A DNA stretch of 64,000 bases from Macrostomum lignano (Eukaryota). The translations under genes and the position numbers were made by a program. The stretch is taken from contig NIVC01002646.1 in NCBI GenBank assembly GCA_002269645.1, positions 62,001 through 126,000 of the forward strand. The letters run 5' to 3'. This document shows, piece after piece, positions 60,247 to 64,000 of the stretch. The number at the start of each line of letters is the position of its first letter. Position 1 is the stretch's first letter. The notes under the pieces were generated by a model. The model was given only the letters and a program-made list of their open reading frames with translations. It was not told the DNA's origin and did not search any database.

Positions 60247-60557
60247 GGGGTTGTAGTGGTTAGAGCGTCGGACTCAGGACTGGAAAGTCGGGGGTTCGAT
60301 TCCCGATCCCACAGAAACAATTTGTGTTCTTGAGCAAGACACTCAACTCTGCATTGCTTCAGTTCACCCAGCTGTAAAATGGGTGCCAGCATTAGCCACA
60401 GATACTAGAATAACTGGAATACTCTAGTATCTGTGGCATTAGCTGGGGTAACTGAGGGTGTGTGGCGACCCCCCGGTCCTTTGGACTGAACAGCCGTACG
60501 CAGCCTTCAGATGTGCCGCCCATTAGGGCAGGTGTAATCAATTATTATTTATTATTA
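60247..60557 (+). mobile_element. tRNA-derived SINE with CORE-like central domain
   Basis: A box TAGTGGTTAGAGC and B box GGTTCGATTCC. TTCTTGAGCAAGACACTCAACTC...CAGCTGTAAAATGGG resembles the MIR/CORE domain. (ATT)n tail; 9-bp TSD CTATCTATA at 60238-60246 and 60558-60566. Confidence 0.8.
60397..60435. mobile_element. 39-bp palindromic insert (16+7+16) with perfect 8-bp TSD, nested in the SINE
   Basis: CACAGATACTAGAATA...TACTCTAGTATCTGTG between GCATTAGC (60389-60396) and GCATTAGC (60436-60443). Confidence 0.85.
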
Positions 60558-60559
60558 CT

Positions 60560-61050
<491 letters not shown>

Positions 61051-62014
61051 GATGTTGGTGTGCTAGAATTTTAAATGAACAACAATGAAACACCAAAATA
61101 TTATTATTTTGTGTCTAACCAGGGATAAAGAAGAAATCAGTACAAAACTTGCTTAATAAAGTCTCTCTTATATTTTTACTATCAGCGAAGTCTATACAGT
61201 ACAGGACACAGGATTATTATGTACTTTACTAATATAAATAACCACTGTCTGTAAGTCTGTGCTATTCTTTAACTCTAACTAAATACATTTTTCTTGAATA
61301 ATTTAACTTAAATTAACGATGAAGAAAAGTAGTCGCTTATTAAACAGAACAAAATAGATTGCATTACATACTTGTATACATCTTGGAACATAGTTCACAC
61401 AAAAAAGGTTTTTAAAATTACATCGAATGTGAAGCAGTCAAATAATTATTATTTAAATAACCGATTCTGAAAATCACGTGCTACTTTCTACTAATAATTT
61501 TAGCTACTTACACTAATGAGTAGTATAATTAGAATATACATTTCTGTAGCACTAAAAAAGGCACAGCCGTTTCAGCAAAGTTCAAATGTTTTATTGTTTT
61601 ATTGTTTTTGGTAGTGTGGAATTCGGTGAAATTAAAAAGTACAGAATGTACACCGAATGCAAAAGAAGGCATAGGATGGAATAAATAGGAAAGATGTACG
61701 GGAGTATACGCGTGACGTGCAGAAATAAATGTGTTTGAAGAATGATATAATTTTCTACAATCAAACACTGCATGCTTCTTGGAACTTTTTTTGAAGACTT
61801 ACTTCTGCCGAAGTATCGCGTATACTTCTTGTACATGGGCAGCAGATTATTTTAATATTCTATTTCTGTAGTACATGTGCATACTATTAAAGAAAAACAA
61901 AATATGAGACCAATATATCCATATTTATTCCATAGAATATCAGTAAACAAGCTCATTTAAAAATGAAAAAAGCAACTGTACTTTAATTAGATCCAGTACA
62001 GGTAAGGAGCATAG

Positions 62015-62910
62015 GCGCAAAAAGTTGAGGCCCAACCCCCATAGTCACGCGACCTATCAGAGACAGAGAGTACATAAAGTCAAGGCCCAATCCCCCATAG
62101 TCACCTGACCTAACAGAGACAGAGAGTACAAATAGTTTAGGCCCAACCCCCATAGTCACGTGACCTAACAGAGACAGAGAGTACAAATAGTTTAGGCCCA
62201 ACCCCCATAGTCACGTGACCTAACAGAGACAGAGAGTACAAATAGTTTAGGCCCAACCCCCATAGTCACGTGACCTAACAGAGACAGAGAGTACAAATAG
62301 TTTAGGCCCAACTCCCATAGTCACGTGACCTATTAGAGACTGAGAGTACATTAAAGTCAAGGCCCAACCCCTATAGTCACGTGACCTAACAGAGACCGAG
62401 AGTACAAAATCTTAGACAATTAGTATAGGTGGAAGTCAAGGCCCAATCCATCATAGTCACGTGACCTATCAGAGACAGAGAGTACATAAAGTCAAGGCCC
62501 AATCCCCCATAGTCACCTGACCTAACGGAGACCGAGAGTACATAAAGTCAAGGCCCAACCCCTTTAGTCACGTGACCTATCAGAGACAGAGAGTACATTA
62601 AAGTCAAGGCCCAATCCCCCATAGTCACCTGACCTAACGGAGACCGAGAGTACATAAAGTCAAGGCCCAACCCCTTTAGTCACGTGACCTATCAGAGACA
62701 GAGAGTACATTAAAGTCAAGGCCCAACCCCTATAGTCACGTGACCTAACAGAGACTGTGAGAGTACATAAGCCAAGGCCCAATCCCCCATAGTCACGTGA
62801 CCTAACGGAGACCGAGAGTACATAAAGTCAAGGCCCAACCCCTTTAGTCACGTGACCTATCAGAGACAGAAAGTGCATACAGTCGAGTCCCAATCCCCTA
62901 TAGTCACATG
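62015..62910. repeat. ~56-bp minisatellite containing GTCACGTGAC
   Basis: GTCAAGGCCCAACCCCCATAGTCACGTGACCTAACAGAGACAGAGAGTACATAAA-like units. Confidence 0.9.
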
Positions 62911-63301
62911 ACGTAGAATGCACACAAATGACCCGCCGCAAAGTCACGTGATGTATCGCAAATATCGAAAATTAGTATTTAGTCAACAAAACAAACAACG
63001 CACACGATTGATACGCTCAAAATTATTTTTTTGAATTTGTCAAATACCTTACAAATATAAATATTGCATCGCTATAAAGTTATTAACAATAAAGAAATTA
63101 ATAAACCAATCCGAAAACTACTTACAAATCATGCATAATACATTTTGCAGAGGGGTTAAGTAAGATTGTGTAGTTTTTCAAAAGAGCAGCATAGAACATA
63201 GAATAGAAGGCCACATATATATATTTGAATTAAAGCTGTCATATAAATAGCACTGCATTAGCTCGCGTCAGAATTGCTTCTCCCGTGGTGTGATAGAAAT
63301 C

Positions 63302-63379
63302 TTTATTTATTATTCTGGCTTGATCTCGAATGAACAGCTGATAGAGGAGGTCATTCATCCCGCCTCTGAATCAGAACTC
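63302..63379 (-). other. Possible terminal exon of a gene extending beyond the window
   Basis: Acceptor CATTTCCCGCAG| at ~63380, stops soon after in all three frames, AATAAA at 63307-63302. No protein identity. Confidence 0.25.
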
Positions 63380-63451
63380 CTGCGGGAAATGAAGACACGA
63401 GTTCGAAAATTTTACTGAGGCAACAATATTCTGCTTAAACGGGGTGGCGGT

Positions 63452-64000
63452 GACCCAGCAACTGGGGATCTGGGAGGCTGGCCCAGCGACTGATGAGGAT
63501 CTGGGAGGCTGGCCCAGCAACTGAGGATCTGGGAGGCTGGCCCAGCGACTGATGAGGATCTGGGAGGCTGGCCCAGCAACTGAGGATCTGGGAGGCTGGC
63601 CCAGCAACTGAGGATCTGGGAGGCTGGCCCAGCAACTGAGGATCTGGGAGGCTGGCCCAGCAACTGAGAATCTGGGAGGCTGGCCCAGCAACTGAGGATC
63701 TGGGAGGCTGGCCCAGCAACTGAGTATCTGGGAGGCTGGCCCAGCAACAGGATCTGGGAGGCTGGCCCAGCGACTGATGAGGATCTGGGAGGCTGGCCCA
63801 GCAACTGGGGATCTGGGAAGCTGGCCCAGCAACTGAGGATCTGGGAGGCTGGCCCAGCGACTGATGAGGATCTGGGAGGCTGGCCCAGCAACTGAGGATC
63901 TGGGAGGCTGGCCCAGCGACTGATGAGGATCTGGGAGGCTGGCCCAGCAACTGAGGATCTGGGAGGCTGGCCCAGCGACTGATGAGGATCTGGGAGACTG
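63452..64000 (-). repeat. 28-bp family X, array 4 (reverse orientation, runs off window)
   Basis: Reverse complement of the family X unit. Confidence 0.95.

Noticed and set aside
60247-60312. tRNA gene
   Set aside because: No proper acceptor stem or anticodon arm; continues into a SINE body with tail and TSD.

Overview
Eukaryotic (metazoan) genomic DNA with GC-rich exons and AT-rich or minisatellite-filled introns. The style is most consistent with a free-living flatworm such as Macrostomum (inference only). Most long ORFs in the supplied track are tandem-repeat artefacts. Three intact spliced genes were reconstructed by hand with GT-AG sites and consistent phases: a PDZ-GEF/RAPGEF2-6 homolog (+, 12 coding exons, 13629-30869, ~1273 aa), a phospholipase C-beta (-, 26 coding exons, 56138-33869, ~1287 aa) and a NIPSNAP3-like gene (+, 4 exons, 57993-60208, 200 aa) head-to-head with PLCB. 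The left ~14 kb is nearly free of minisatellites. It holds a cluster of unrecognised 6-Cys secreted peptide genes (two intact, one broken, perhaps one relic), a fragmentary minus-strand gene, a 3'-truncated APE-type LINE and a 17-bp-TSD-flanked ~0.9 kb insertion with CCAAT/TATA motifs. About 40 tandem arrays cover roughly half of 14-64 kb, and a tRNA-derived CORE-like SINE follows NIPSNAP. The most striking unexplained structure is three 35-45 bp palindromic inserts with 16-17 bp arms, CA...TG ends and 8-bp target duplications (495-539, 7090-7124, 60397-60435), matching the geometry of P-element-type excision footprints. Repeat boundaries are approximate.
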